64,000 nt of DNA from Ramazzottius varieornatus (Eukaryota > Animalia > Tardigrada), in contig BDGG01000018.1 of NCBI GenBank assembly GCA_001949185.1, forward strand, positions 186,001 through 250,000, written 5' to 3'. Of this stretch, positions 25,577 to 38,532 are shown one piece after another (position 1 is the stretch's first letter; each line of letters opens with the position of its first letter). Made by a program: the position numbers and the translations under genes. Below the pieces are notes generated by a model. That model saw nothing but the letters and a program-made list of their open reading frames with translations. It was not told the origin of the DNA and searched no databases.

Positions 25577-26658
25577 GTTGAAGCTTACACCTCGATAATG
25601 CTGTAGTTTCTTTCGACGCTGTAAGCTGATGCAAATAGACGATCCGTGCGGGATACGGACGAGCGGGGAAGCCGGACGATCGTGGCAGAAGAAGACTTAT
25701 GTGGTTCCTGCGAAAACTGAAAGCAGACGCTCAATGGGGAAGAGCCCCATATAGCTTGCTTTCGGTCACATTGCGTCATCGCTCGAGAAATTGTAGGTAG
25801 CGCCTTGGAGCAGCTCATCGTAACAGCACCAGGGTGGGGACACTGACAACACCCTTGATTTCGGACGCTAGAAGACCGCTGCGCCATCTTCAAGCCTTGT
25901 GGCCGCACACCATTGCGCATGGTGAGCTGTATGGCCTTCAGCCTGGTGAAATTCCTACCCCGAGATGGCGCTACTGTGCCGAAAGGGAAGGATGTAGTTC
26001 GCACTTTGTTCTCTGAGTGCGGAACCCGATACCTACATGACTTCCTGAACTAAAAGTGACATGGAAACCACGAAACTAGAAGGACCCAAAGCTGAAAGGC
26101 ATGGTATGTCTTACAGATTTTGCATTGGCAGATGGCAGTGGCAGAGACAGCCTGGTCACTTCCTGCTGGGCCGTTTCGGCTCTCAGTCTGTCACCGGTCT
26201 GCTCAAGATCTGAGAAACGTGCGGCGATGGACGAGACCAGTTATAAATAGGTACACTCGAGCCTGACATTCTTTGACAAATAAAGATTGAGAAAACGGCA
26301 GCTGCGAAATGTATGCATAATGCCGTGGCACACTTTGCTCTACATCAAGCGCCTATGAAATGTCAGTTTTCCATCGCAGCTGTAGAGGCAAGTCTGCGTC
26401 ATGGGTATATTAAATCGTGCGGAAACAGTGCGCACTTCATGTTGTTAGCAAACACTCACCGCGAAAGATCATCGGATTCTGTCGACTGTCGCTCGACGTC
26501 CTAATGTCTCATAAAATTAGACCGGTTAGTTCGTTATCAGCCTGCCGCTATTCTAACATTCAAGCATCTCTTGTTGATATTGGAGCTTGTAGTCGCTGGT
26601 ACTGCGCTTCCCCATCCGTGTTTATTTCATCGGTAGTTTTGCCGATCTGGTTGGGACG

Positions 26659-27549
26659 ATGGATGAGCGGCCGGAAGTGCAGCCGAAGCCTGCTGTGAAA
26701 CTGTTCGTGAAAGCTGGTGCCGATGGGATGTCGTACGGTGCCTGCCTCAACAGCCAGCGTCTCTTCATGGTCCTGACTTTGAAAGCCCAAGGCGGCGCTT
26801 TGAACTACTCTGTCCACGCCGTCAATCTATCAAAGCCTACTGAAGAATTCACCACACTCGGTCTCCACAACCTGCCAGCCATCAGCTACCTCTACGACCA
26901 TCTGGACAAAGTGGAGGACATTGTTGAGTACCTGGACTGTCATTTCTACAAGGTAGATCTATCCTACGATAACATCATCGCCGCAAAGGCCTGCAAAGAC
27001 TTCTTCCCCAAATTCTGCTTTTATATCAAATCGATATCAAAGGATGCATATGGCCTGACCTTGGAACTGGATCGTCTTGACAAGTACCTGAGCGGAAGAG
27101 CGGTGTCGAAAGGGCCCTTTCTATGCGGAGGGCGTATGACGCACCTGGACTGTGAGGTTCTTCCCAAGCTACAGCAAATTCGAGTGGCCGGCAAAGCGCT
27201 GAAAGGCTTTGATATCCCGGAAACCATGCTTGGTTTGTGGTCGTATCTGAAAGCCGCCTATGCCACAGAAGCCTTCCGCGATGCTTGTCCCAGTGATGAA
27301 GAAATCCTACTGCACTGGATGGACCGGACGGAAATGACGGCAACGGTCTCAACGCCGAAACGAGAGCGGAGTACCCTGATGGATCCTCCTCAACAAACTC
27401 ATTCTTTCCATACCCCACTTGATTCCTCGCCAACAGAAATCTCCAAGAGCGATACGCCTAAAGCTGCAACCAGCACTACCAGTTCTGGGCCGCTGCCACT
27501 TTCGGAAGAAAAAGAACGATATGAGCTGAAGCAAGTCGTACTGGCCTAG
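26659..27549 (+). CDS. CLIC: Chloride intracellular channel (CLIC / EXC-4 / EXL-1 family), intronless CDS
   Basis: VKLFVKAGADG..GACLNSQRLFMVL; FLCGGRMTHLDCEVLPKLQQIRVA; GLWSYLKAAY..EAF.DACPSDEEILLHW. Confidence 0.93.
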   Translation: MDERPEVQPKPAVKLFVKAGADGMSYGACLNSQRLFMVLTLKAQGGALNYSVHAVNLSKPTEEFTTLGLHNLPAISYLYDHLDKVEDIVEYLDCHFYKVDLSYDNIIAAKACKDFFPKFCFYIKSISKDAYGLTLELDRLDKYLSGRAVSKGPFLCGGRMTHLDCEVLPKLQQIRVAGKALKGFDIPETMLGLWSYLKAAYATEAFRDACPSDEEILLHWMDRTEMTATVSTPKRERSTLMDPPQQTHSFHTPLDSSPTEISKSDTPKAATSTTSSGPLPLSEEKERYELKQVVLA

Positions 27550-28149
27550 GTACGCCGCAGCAGTTTCGCAGAACTATTTCCTTCACCTTATTTATTTGCT
27601 CAGAGGAGCATATGTAAACTGTTTTGCAATAAACATATTTACTGCGTAATTTTGTAATATAAGCGAAAGACAATAATATATGTTTTTTCAGGATCTTCAA
27701 AGGGCGATTATGCAGGTCGTAATCATCATAGTGCAGTACAGAGCGTATAACAAAAGTGAGCTCTGTTGTTCCTGTCACTTTCCCACTTTCATAATCAAAA
27801 AGAGGCTCAGAAACTACGGGAGGAACAAGTATTTAGAGGCAAAATGCAGAGCCGTGAAGGACGCGGGAGAAGTTTAGCTTTTTCAGGGGTCGTCAGAAAA
27901 GGGAAACGGAGGAGCTGAGACACCTGTGAAGTTAATGTAGTACATAAGTTCGATATCGCGAGCCCATTTGCACATTGACTTGAAGGGAGCGATGTATTGC
28001 AGCAAACGGCAGACGAATTGTCCTTTTCAGACGAACAACCTTCCCTTCCGGCACCATGGCACGCTCTTTTGCAGTCAACTTGTTTGCGAGGTCCAAGCAA
28101 AACAAACCGATGCATTAAGCACCAGCCAACTGCCACAACGATGCATAAA

Positions 28150-29310
28150 ATACCTCACCTATCCAGACGAAATTCGTCCAGGGACGGACTGCAATAGCCA
28201 GCGGTCAGGAACTTTTCCTTCTCTTGTCTGTAGTAATCCTCCAGCCACTTCAACTGCTGCGGTGGAAAAGGCCACAGTACATTGGCCATGCTTTCATGCA
28301 GAGGAGGGAGGAATTGCCCGTCAGCTATTCCGCTCTGGCACTTGATCGTGGTCGTCGGCATCATGCCGGGGAACATGGCGTCTTCCTGCGCCGCTTTCAG
28401 GCAAAAAGCCGTGGAACGTCATGGAACGTCCTGGGCCAATGTCGGCGTCGCAGTGCAGACGTTTGAGGAAATTGGGCCTCTGACGTTTGTTCACCAGCTC
28501 TTTCATTGTGTAGGTTCAGTCGACTTAGCATCAGATGCGGCGATTGTCGACGAGCCTTCCATAACTTTGCAGCCGCTTCCAGCTTGGGGTGCAGACAGTC
28601 GATATCGTAAGTCGGGATAGTTTTATCGTAAGGGCAGACCTCTTTCTTGGCGCTGGCTTTTCCATACAGGGCGATATAGAAGACGTTGGTGGAGGGAGTG
28701 ATGAGGCGCGAGAGAAAGCTGGCTCGCTGTATTGGTCTTGAATTACGCTTGGAGGCTCCTTTTCCGAAAATTGCACAATGACCCAGATCTTCCAGGCCGA
28801 ATATTAGAGCCAATGTCAAGTCTGGTCCGCCATCTGTAATGATCCTATCCCACTGTAGTGAAACCCTGCAAGAGCGAAACCAAAGTTGTGATCATGGCAT
28901 ACGACGAAATGGCGCAGTGGCGTAGCGTTGCGCAGCACAAGGCTGAAGGAAAAGGGAACGATGGTCGTACCTTCGATACAGGACTCGCTGCAGTGTGGAG
29001 AGATAGCGGAAGTTCGCTTGGATGAGGGTGCCATTGCGTACTCGAGCCTAAATGCTCTAGTATAAGCTGTACAGCTTCCTCATCCACCACCTGTACAGCT
29101 GTTGCCTTCGCCTTCTGCCGTTTCAGCCCAGGCTTTCCACAAACCCCTCTCGCTCTACGCTATCCGGCAGCCATCGCTGGAAGCTGTCAACAATTTTGAA
29201 CTTAGTCGGACCTCCAAAGAGTGGACAGGGTCGCCTGCACGTGAGTTCATCGGAAAGAGCAAGTCGGCATAGGACTATACAGTCATGCTCAACGGTCATC
29301 GTCACCCCAT
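28150..29310 (-). pseudogene. Possible decayed protein-coding sequence of unknown family
   Basis: Overlapping protein-like fragments in shifting minus-strand frames (VDEEAVQLILEHL; FLSRLITPSTNVFYIALYG; LKELVNKRQRPNFLKRLHC); no continuous frame. Confidence 0.3.
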
Positions 29311-29480
29311 GGTTTACTTTGGTTGCATGTATCTTTTGATCCTGTCGTTCGATTTTGATGATTTGAACGACATTACTTAGAGCACACCTTGAACTTTGTG
29401 ATCACGTGACAGACGGATTGCCTGTTCAACCAATCAACCGGTACGAGTGGCTGGTTTGAGCAAGGAAATATGGGTCATTT

Positions 29481-29950
29481 TTGGCGGCTTATCTCACGTC
29501 ACGTGATAGATTTGTGGGAAAATCTAAACGGCCAAAAGGTAGTCCAAAAATCATTGTATAAACAGCCGTAAAAGAGATCTCCTGCAAAAATTTCCTAAGG
29601 AATTTCCCCATATGCGTTCTACGCCCACTTTCCCTTAAAAAGTGAATGTATCTTCTTACTTCTTGCTCATGTGTGGATTTTTCACCAGAACACTATGCTT
29701 CCTGAACAGACCAAACACTTTGCTACCAACGCAAATTTGTTTCGCAGAAATCGGATGTGCACGAAGAAAAATATTCTAAATTTTGATCTCTCATCCATAA
29801 AGAACATTGCAAAGTGGACGGTAGAACGCATATGGGGAAATTTCGTAGGAAACTTTGCAGATCTCTTTTACGGCTGTTTATACAGTGATGTTTGGACTAC
29901 CTTTCCGCCGTTTAGATTTCCCCATCACGTGACATGAGATAAGCCGCCAA
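29481..29950. mobile_element. MITE with ~150-bp imperfect TIRs
   Basis: TTGGCGGCTTATCTCACGTCACGTGAT...CCCCATATGCGTTCTAC mirrored by GTAGAACGCATATGGGG...ATCACGTGACATGAGATAAGCCGCCAA. Confidence 0.85.
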
Positions 29951-30499
29951 CACATGCAAGCCGATACATGTAACCAAAGTAAACCATGGGGTGACGATGA
30001 CCATTGAGCGTGACTGTAACAGCTGATCGACAGTTCCGCCAGAGAGTTACTCTCTGCTATCAGTTTCACAAATGCGAGCTGAAGCGCAGGCACGAGAATA
30101 GAGGACGCGCCAGCGCAGCATGTCAGCACTGATGGGCAGAAGTAGCCGCAGGTTTCTGGTTAAAGCAACGCGTACGGTATCTCCAACACCATATGCTTCC
30201 TTTATCTCCTCCGAAGACTCATCGCACTATTTCAAACTGGTCAACGTGAACGCCAAGTCACAACAAATAAAAAAGAAATTCCTTCAAATTGATCACGGTA
30301 CCAAACATCAACTATCATCACTTCAAAAACGTGGAATGTATGACAGCTACGGTGCCAAAGGCGGTTGACAGCCTAGCGCCAAAAGCTAATCTTCCTCCTC
30401 TGCACAAAGACGATAAGCCCCCTCACAGACAACCAGATGGATAAAGCAAAGCCATCATCTACTACCACAGAACAAATGGACCCAGCTCCTCCCTGGCCA

Positions 30500-33400
30500 T
30501 TACATGGACTGCATTCCTGCCTTCTCGAACTCGGCCCAGGCTTCGTTCAGCTCCATGAAGATCAACTTGGCCAAGGGCAGGTTGGGAGAATCGGTCAACT
30601 ACACAGACAGAAAGACAGTATGTATCTGCATCGTTGAATGCATCCAGCTACAACCAAGTCATAATAATACTTACCTTGTCAGGATGAACAACCAGAACGG
30701 CTTTCCTGTAGACCTTCTTGACCTGGTCGCCGGTGATCAACTCGTGCATGCCCGCACCCTTCCACGTTGTCCCTTCCCACAAGACAGTGTTCAGGCTACA
30801 CAGCAAGGCCCGAATATTCTTCCTCTTCCCCTCTATCCATCCTCGAACCTACAACGACATTCATCACAATCTAACCACCCTTTCAATTTCGACCAATGAC
30901 ACTGGAGCATTTTGTGCTTACCCTCAGTACTTCCGGGTCCACAGTTTCTTCCAGCCCCTTGGCCTGCATCTCCTTCATATTCTTCGGTTGATGATGTTGC
31001 GCTCTGATGGGTGTCGGCATGAAGTCCTCAAACAAGGACTGACTGAGCACCGGCTTGATACCCGGTGCCACATTGACGTCGTCTTTGGCAGCTGGTGCCT
31101 GTCTGAAATGACTGTAGTCTGGTCGAGTAGGCGCTACGCCTACTGACGGCCCCGCAGGTCGAGTAGGACCAGTGGTCATACCCACGTTATTCAACGTTGG
31201 GCCATTGGTGCTGTTACTCGATGAAAAGGGATTACCGCCAGCTGCGCTATTGGCCTTCATGTTGCCCAAATCGGCGAAGGGATCTCTTTTGCCAGGAAGA
31301 TTGCCTCCTGAGGTGGGCCGAGGTATTTCAGCGGTGGTGGGTGTCAGGACTGGTTTGGCCGTGCAGGCTGATGTGGAAAGGAGGTCGCCAAAGGGATCGC
31401 TGATAGGTGTGGTGGCTGCCGAGGCCTTGCTGGCGGCCATGGAGTTGAGGCTGTTGTTGGAGGCCGGTCGGGAGAGACGAGGCGACTGCGGGAGGAGAAG
31501 CGGGCTGGAAGATGGCTGCGGCTGGGGAAGGTTGGCTGAACGGACTGCTGGCGGCGTGGTGGTGGATGGGGCGGCCAAAGAGGCGAACCAGTCGTCGGTG
31601 GCGGGTTCCGGTTGAGAAGAAGGCTTGACTGGAACTGATGTTGGAGCTGCCATTGACATGAGATCTTTCTCCAGTCCTGTGCACGAAAGAACACTTGGTC
31701 AAGTTTGAGACTTGGCAGTGCTCTAAACCAGCTGGGTAAGACGCTTTGCTCAAGTGGCGCACGCTACCGGCCAATAACATTGAAGCCATGTGCCACTTGG
31801 AAAACTCTCCTGCTAGTTCACTTTCCAAGTGGCGGACGCTTCCATTGTTGTGGGTTGAGAGCGTGCGCCATTGGGAAAAGGATGCCGTCGAGAATTGGTT
31901 GAGCTGAGTGAGGAAGATACCGGAGGAAAATGGTGAGGGTTGGCTGGGTGAGTTGGTGGGGCCAGTCCATCGGCCATCAGTTCCACCCAGCAAATCGACA
32001 TTACTGCCGGGGTTGGAAAGGAGGCCCGAAGAGGGTGAAGCAGCGCTGGCGGAGGACTGGTTGCCGCTGAGGCCTAGCAGGTCTATGGTGTACTCTCTGG
32101 TTTGCCCCCTTGGCTCGGAGGCCCTTCCCCTATCTACTTCCTCGTTCCTGGCCGACGGGCTCAGCAAGAGGGGATCATTGGACTCAGCCGAGGCTGAAGC
32201 CGAAGGCAGCCCCCCACCCATCTGCAGACCCGACGAACCCAAGCCTAAATAAGATAGCAAGCCAATGCAGACAGTTACTTTTGCTGAATCTTCTCGCTGA
32301 TAAATGTGTTGAGGAAGAAGATTGATACATTAGTATTACTTAAACCTAGCAAGTCGTCTTCGGGGGACTTTAGTGGTTCCAGCGGTAAGGGTATATCTTG
32401 CAGGCTAGGCGATAAGGAGGGTGGCCTGGGCGGTCTAGAGGGCTTGTCGCCTCTGCCGGGATAGACGGTCCCATCGTCATGGTCGTTCCTCAGTGGAGTA
32501 CGCGGCGAGCGTGGAGGCTGCGGTCTGGGTGGAGCTTCGTTCCGTCTGCCTCTCTCTTCCGACCTGCCTTCTCTCTCTCTAGTCACCCTCTCATTCTGCC
32601 CACTGTTCCTCCTGGGAGGTTGGGCGACGGCCACGGCAGCTTCGTCGAGGTAGGAAGTGAACTTGTCGGGCCGTTGGCGGCCTTGATGTGCCGACTGTGA
32701 CTGTGGCTGGGGGCGCGAGGGGGCGTTGAGTTCTTCCTTGACCATGGCCGCCGTCTGTTGGATGTTCTTGACGATGCTCTTGCCCCCTTTAACAATGTTG
32801 CCCAGTAGTCCACTGCCAACATTGCCGAAGAGACCACCTTGGGAGGAATGAGTGCTTAAGGGAGTAACGCCATCGCCTTGGGTGGCAGTGGCTGACGGAC
32901 GATGGCCAATCGCACCTATAAACAATACATCACTTTTATTAGTCACTCGAATGAGACGAAGCACCCTCAATACTATCATGCTTTATTTCAAGACTCAACT
33001 GCACCCAGACGCTTCCAAAGCTCAGTTTATCACCAAGAAATGAAACAGTGAAATTTTGCACCGTGAAAAACGAAAGGCAGGCGTGACAAGGGGATCGACA
33101 ACAGCCAAGGAGATCTTTACGGGGGGAAAGGAAGGAAATAATATAGGCTGGCATGGTTTCAGCAAAGGGAGCATGCTGGGCACTGGTTTTTACTGTGGAG
33201 AGGCATACAGTCAGAGTCTTGCATACCGGTAGGGTGGTTGTCCAGCACAGGCGAGGGCATCTTGACCGTCAGTGCCTTGTTGGTGTCGACGTTGAAGGCA
33301 TCGGCCATCGAAGCCAGGTCTTCCAACAGGCTGTTAATGCTCGGCCTCTCCTTCGGATCGATCGTTAGCAACCTGCCTAAACAAGAACCCATAGACCATT

Positions 33401-34914
33401 CAAAGACTGCAACTTGCATACAAGGCGCAAGGTAGGGACAGTCAACGTTACTGATCAGGTCGTTGAAGATGTCGTAGGTCCGACTTGGGGGGAAGGTGTA
33501 CTTGGCGTTGATGATCCTCAGCTTGGCCGAGTCCTCGAAAGGGTGAACTTGGTAACAGAGGGCGTACAGGACGCAACCCAGCGCCCAAATGTCCAACTTT
33601 TCGTTAATGGCAGCGTTGCTGTACAAGTCCAGCATTTCTGGTGCTCTGTACATCGGCGTCGTATTCTTCGTCATCTACAAATAACATCACAAGAAAAGAC
33701 TCCCATGAAAACATCTCCCGCATGGAAAACTCGAGCAGATTTTTTGCCCAAGTGGCGCACTCTTCCGGCCAACATCCCTGCCAACGTGCGCCACTTGGAA
33801 AGATCAAACAAAACGGGAGAAATGGACCTTTCCAAGTGGCGCACGCTCCTTGCCAATAACGTGGGCGCAGTGCGCCACTTGGCAAAACATATTGTTACCG
33901 TTTACAAAAAGGGGTTTTGACTGACCTCGTCCTCGACTTGGTTGCGCCGGCGACTGTCCCAGGTCATGTCCGGTGCGTGAGTGACGGTAGTGGCGCTGCC
34001 AAAGTCACAGAGCTTGACTTTGCCGTCCTGGCCCAACAGCAGGTTCTCCACTTTGAGGTCGCGGTGTATGATGGGAGGTGTCTGTTTGTGCATATGCTGG
34101 ACAGCTTTGCAGGCTTGATAGAAGACGGTCAAGACATCGGCCACCGTCAGGGACACCTCCTTCTTCTTGATTAAATCGATGACCTGCCCGCCTACCAACA
34201 GCCGCAAACTTCCCTAAGCCTCCACAATGCACCACCATCAAGACACTATTCCTTTACCGTTGCAAAATTCCGTCAGGATGAGGTATTCTTCGACGTTGGA
34301 GTTGTCTCCGCGCCTGCACAAGGCTGCCGCAATATATTCGATAATGTTGGGATGTCCGTTCAGCTTTTTCTACAACACATCAGCCACTTCATTCTTTCCC
34401 ACTGGACCAAGCAAGAGGGAAATGTCAAAGACAGCTGCCTGACGCTTGACCTACCAGAAATTTGATCTCCTGCTTGACATTCTTGGCGGCTTCCTCGTCG
34501 TGTGCCAACAGGCGCTACCAACATTCAAGACTAATAAAATTTACAAATACCACCGGAAAATTCCTTCCAGTCTTGTCCACCAACCTTCAGCGCGTATTCC
34601 TTGCCGTTCTCGGCATCCTGGACCAAATAGACATAGGCAAAACCGCCTGCAAAATGTTTAGAGTGCAATTTACTCACAAGAAATTCCATACAAAAAAAGA
34701 CATGCCGTAGGGTCAAATGCCCAAGGTCAATGTGTGAGTGAGCGCAGATGTTCAGTTTGAGGCTTTTACCTTCGGCAAGCAGTCTTTTGACGCGGTATTT
34801 CCTCTTCTCAATCTCGACGATATTTCCCACCAGATCAGTGTCATCTTTGGGGCCCGCGGAATTGTTAGCTGCAGCGCCGATGTAATCCAATGCGCTTCGT
34901 AAGAATTCCCCCAT
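30500..34914 (-). CDS. GAK: Cyclin G-associated kinase / auxilin: NAK kinase, clathrin-binding low-complexity region, J domain; multi-exon
   Basis: [41 protein letters not shown]; DLL and DPF motifs; J domain [13 protein letters not shown]...[16 protein letters not shown]...[12 protein letters not shown]. Confidence 0.93.
31748..31879. repeat. Tandem pair of the N25 hairpin family in a GAK intron
   Basis: Arms 31753-62/31788-97 and 31828-37/31863-72; both spacers 25 nt. Confidence 0.85.
33745..33886. repeat. Tandem pair of the N25 hairpin family in a GAK kinase-domain intron
   Basis: Arms 33751-60/33786-95 and 33835-44/33870-79; perfect 10-bp arms, 25-nt spacers. Confidence 0.9.
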
Positions 34915-36474
34915 CCTTTGACCCTCACCTTCTCTAATGGCTTCCCAGCTCCAGTCTTAGGGATGAGGCTTGGCTTCTGCAATAGCCAACAAGTCAGCAA
35001 GTTGAGACGATTGAAAGTAGGTGGCAGAAGAAGAAAATGTCGGCGTTGTCACTGCCTAATCGGCCACGCTCACTTCCTCGACGTTTCTTTCTGTGCCACA
35101 ACCAGAAACGATACACAGCTTGTATGATGAGCTAGGCTCATCAGACAGACACGATGGACGGCTTTACGCTTCACAACCGCATCTATTGATTTCAGTGGGC
35201 AGTACTGACTTACGTCAGACTCCTGCAAAGACAGACACAGACGATGAACAACTCATCCTCTGCACCTACCTTGCCAAAATGTCGCCTTCTCTTACAACTG
35301 CTAACTTGTTTCCTCACCTTCCAAAGCCTACGAGACCCAAGTAAACATCAGCACATCGTCCAAGCATCCATCACAACACACAGCACAAAATCCAACAGAA
35401 AACCAGAGTATATATGCGAAAAGTTTAAAGTGGCGCATTCAATCAAGTAATTTTTTCTTGATTTGATCGTTTATTTTTTCGGTGAAAATTCCAACGTAAG
35501 TGACGTAGCGAAATCTGGACTTTCACCTTGCGCAAAAGCGTCATCGGAGCTTCCGTTGAACTTCCATCGGGGGTTAATTGACAGGTTGGTCAAACTCCCG
35601 GCGCACTGTATGCACTGTACGAGCCTCCCGTCCCTCAATCCGATCCAGATACAATCGCTCCCGATCGATGATAATGCAACGCTTATCCAACAACACCATC
35701 GACTGTCACTTCTACGTCACACTGACAACAACATCATCAATACCAGCAGCCAGACAAGACCAAACGAAAGATCCGGAGAAGCAATGCTATAAAGAAGCAA
35801 GAAAATAAAACGAACTAGATCAATTTTCAGAAACCCAATTTCGTTGCGTGGCCAAAGCCCCCCAGGCGGCGGAAAAGACTGAGCGTGGAGGCCAACGGGA
35901 CGAAACGACCAAGCGGCCTATCTTGCACCGCACCCTTACGTTGATTTGGTCAGTTCTGTGGTGCACAGAAAAGCAGACCGCCCCGCACTGTCAAAATCCT
36001 CTAGGAGTCTAGGGGCTGGCCTCAAGTAGTTCATATGGGCGGAGTCAACCCCGCGGTTAATGGGATCGCTCAGCTGATGTCAACTTGGTGCCAAACTTGC
36101 GTTGACAACTACTCCGTCAACTTGGCGTGAAACTGGCGATTCCCCGATGATATCCACCGTCCTCAATTACCCTTTCAACACCAACAGCGTCCCTTCACAC
36201 CTCCAGAAGAAGAAGCGCAGGACGCCTCTTCCCAAGCCTCCAGGACTACGACGGACCCAGACTGGAATATTGCCCAGTAGCGTCGTTTAATCAGTCAATC
36301 AAGGCCGGTGCGTAAGGCTAATCTGACCGTCCTGGTTTGAACTGTAATCCTTGCAGCTACTGTGCAACCTCGTCCTGGACTGCTGCTCGTCTAGACGTCT
36401 ATAACCTGCCAGCGTAGCATCAACGGCGAAGGCAGTTTCCAACGAGGCACAGTGGAAATTTGCCACGGTGAAGG

Positions 36475-37472
36475 ATGGAGACAGGTCAGCGGAAACGCCA
36501 CAGCCAAAGTCGCTCTCCCAGTGAGTCGGTCCGTATCATCTCCGATAAAGTCCTCCGTCGCTCACAGCAATCGCTATGGATTCGCGCGGTGGTCCTCTTT
36601 ATCGTCGGCGTCCTCTTCGCTCTAGTCCTCAACCTGTTGCAAGTGCAGCGCCGCGTGACGCTCTTCCCACCTGAAGTGCTAGCCAGCCTCTTCTCCTCAG
36701 CCTGGTGGATACCTCCCTGCTGCGGCATCGCTTCCGGTCCGTACCGAATATCGCCCTGCTGACATTCTATGTTACTCTCTCTCTCTGTGTCTTTGCAGCT
36801 TGTATAGGGATAGCCTATCCTTACATGGATGAGAAGCTAGGCAAGGCCCATCGTTTTAAGCGCGAATGGTCCTGCGTGATGCGCTGTATCGCCGTCTTCG
36901 TCGGCATCAACCACGCCAGTGCCGTAAGTCATTCTTATGCTGCTGTCGCCTGATGCCTTGGCTGTAAGATGCAGGGCGAAGGTCTTGAAGTATTTTTTGT
37001 GCCGTGTAGAAGATTGCCTTTGCCAACAATCTGCAGTTGTCCATCACGTTGGGTGCAATGTCCATCGGGCTGTGGTGGCTCTTTGATCGGTCGCGCAGTG
37101 GCTTCATGCTGGGCCTGGCCATTGCCTTCTTCGCCACCTTCGTCACCCAAGTCCTCGTCTACAACGACATGTTCCAGTAAGAAGGAGCTTTTCTTCAGTT
37201 CAATATTTTAAACTAGCAGTAACGTTTACACTGAAGTAGACATGAGTTGGTGCTGACTTGCCATCTGGAAGTGGGTCGTCTCAACGCTGCTTCACCTTTT
37301 CCTTGATAGGTATTCAGAGCCAGATTTCCTCTACATCCGCTCGTGGATCCCCTGTATTTTCTTCTCCGGTGGCATCACCATAGGTAGTTTGGGTCGGCAG
37401 TTGGCCTACGTCGAAGAGGAGGAAGCGTACCCCCACACTAACGGAAGTCAAGACAAGCTCCACACGGAATAA
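36475..37472 (+). CDS. INSIG: Insulin-induced gene protein; exons 36475-36736, 36799-36923, 37010-37176, 37310-37472
   Basis: [34 protein letters not shown]; [23 protein letters not shown]; [12 protein letters not shown]; [18 protein letters not shown]; C-terminal KLHTE (KxHxx). Confidence 0.96.
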
Positions 37473-37785
37473 TCTCTTACTGTAGCTTTAACGTCAATTG
37501 TCAATTTCAACATTTCTATTTCTTCCAGTCTTCGACGCTCTGGTTGCATGTGTGCTCAACTCTGTGTCTTCCAACCGCTACTGGGTCCTCCGAAGCCTGT
37601 CGGTGCCTTCCTTTCTTCCCCAATATCTCAAGCTTTTCCTGCGCTGTGTGCTTTGTTTTTGCCTCTACATATTTCACGCACAAAGTTCTGGAACCTTTTC
37701 TAGACGAACGCCTTCCATTATTTCATCAAATCAAAAAAACTCATATCCTGAGATCTCTCTGCAAAGAACCTCGACAACACTGCTG

Positions 37786-37842
37786 TCCCAAGTGGCGCAC
37801 GTTTCCATTGTTACTGGCTGCAGTCGTGCGCCACTTGGGAAA
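37786..37842. repeat. Single N25 hairpin-family copy downstream of the INSIG stop
   Basis: TCCCAAGTGGCGCAC-gtttccattgttactggctgcagtc-GTGCGCCACTTGGGA. Confidence 0.9.
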
Positions 37843-38346
37843 ATCATCCGTGCTTAACGAGGTTCACAACTAACGATGGTGGGTCAGTATACAACGTCGG
37901 AAACGCATCCCTTCCGTTTCTCCGTCTGAAGATTTTCTTTGGCTTCCAGTTGGGAGTACGGTTTTACAAGTGGTATCCCCAGCTGGAAGGCGATAAAAAT
38001 GGGGGTCGGGGGTTGTACGCTAACTTGACGAGGAGCAAAACTTTTCGATTGACCGATTTGGCCAGTTCAGTCTGCCTTAGGTCTTGTGCAAACGCGCGTC
38101 AGGGCCTGAAAATCTGACGGACCAGACTATGTGGCCAGGGAAGCCTGAAAAAGATCTCATGGACCGCGGGTCCACAAGGAGACTGGCTGACGCGCGCTTG
38201 GTCTTGTATCTTTTGACGCCTTTCTTTGGGTCCGTCTGGTGCCCGGATACCTCCATTTCTTGTTTCTCCTTCGTCTTCTTCGCTTCTAGGTCGGCTAACT
38301 CATTCCAGAGAACCTGCAGACCACCAAGAACTAGCTACGGCTTATG

Positions 38347-38530
38347 TAGTGATGTTCTAATATGGGTTAATGAGATCTAATTTAATAAAAATAAATATCC
38401 GCCGTCCATCAAAGTTCTAATAAGTGACAACTACTATAGTAAAACGTCTACCTGATTTAATATAATATTACTATAGTAGAACTTTCGGGAGTTTGTCATC
38501 GAAATATATTTTAATATCGGAGAGCTCGAC
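38347..38530. mobile_element. Terminal fragment of a TAGTGATGTT hAT-like element, same family as 9871
   Basis: TAGTGATGTT...TAATTTAATAAAAATAAATATCCGCCGTCC resembles 9871-9940. Confidence 0.5.
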
Positions 38531-38532
38531 GG

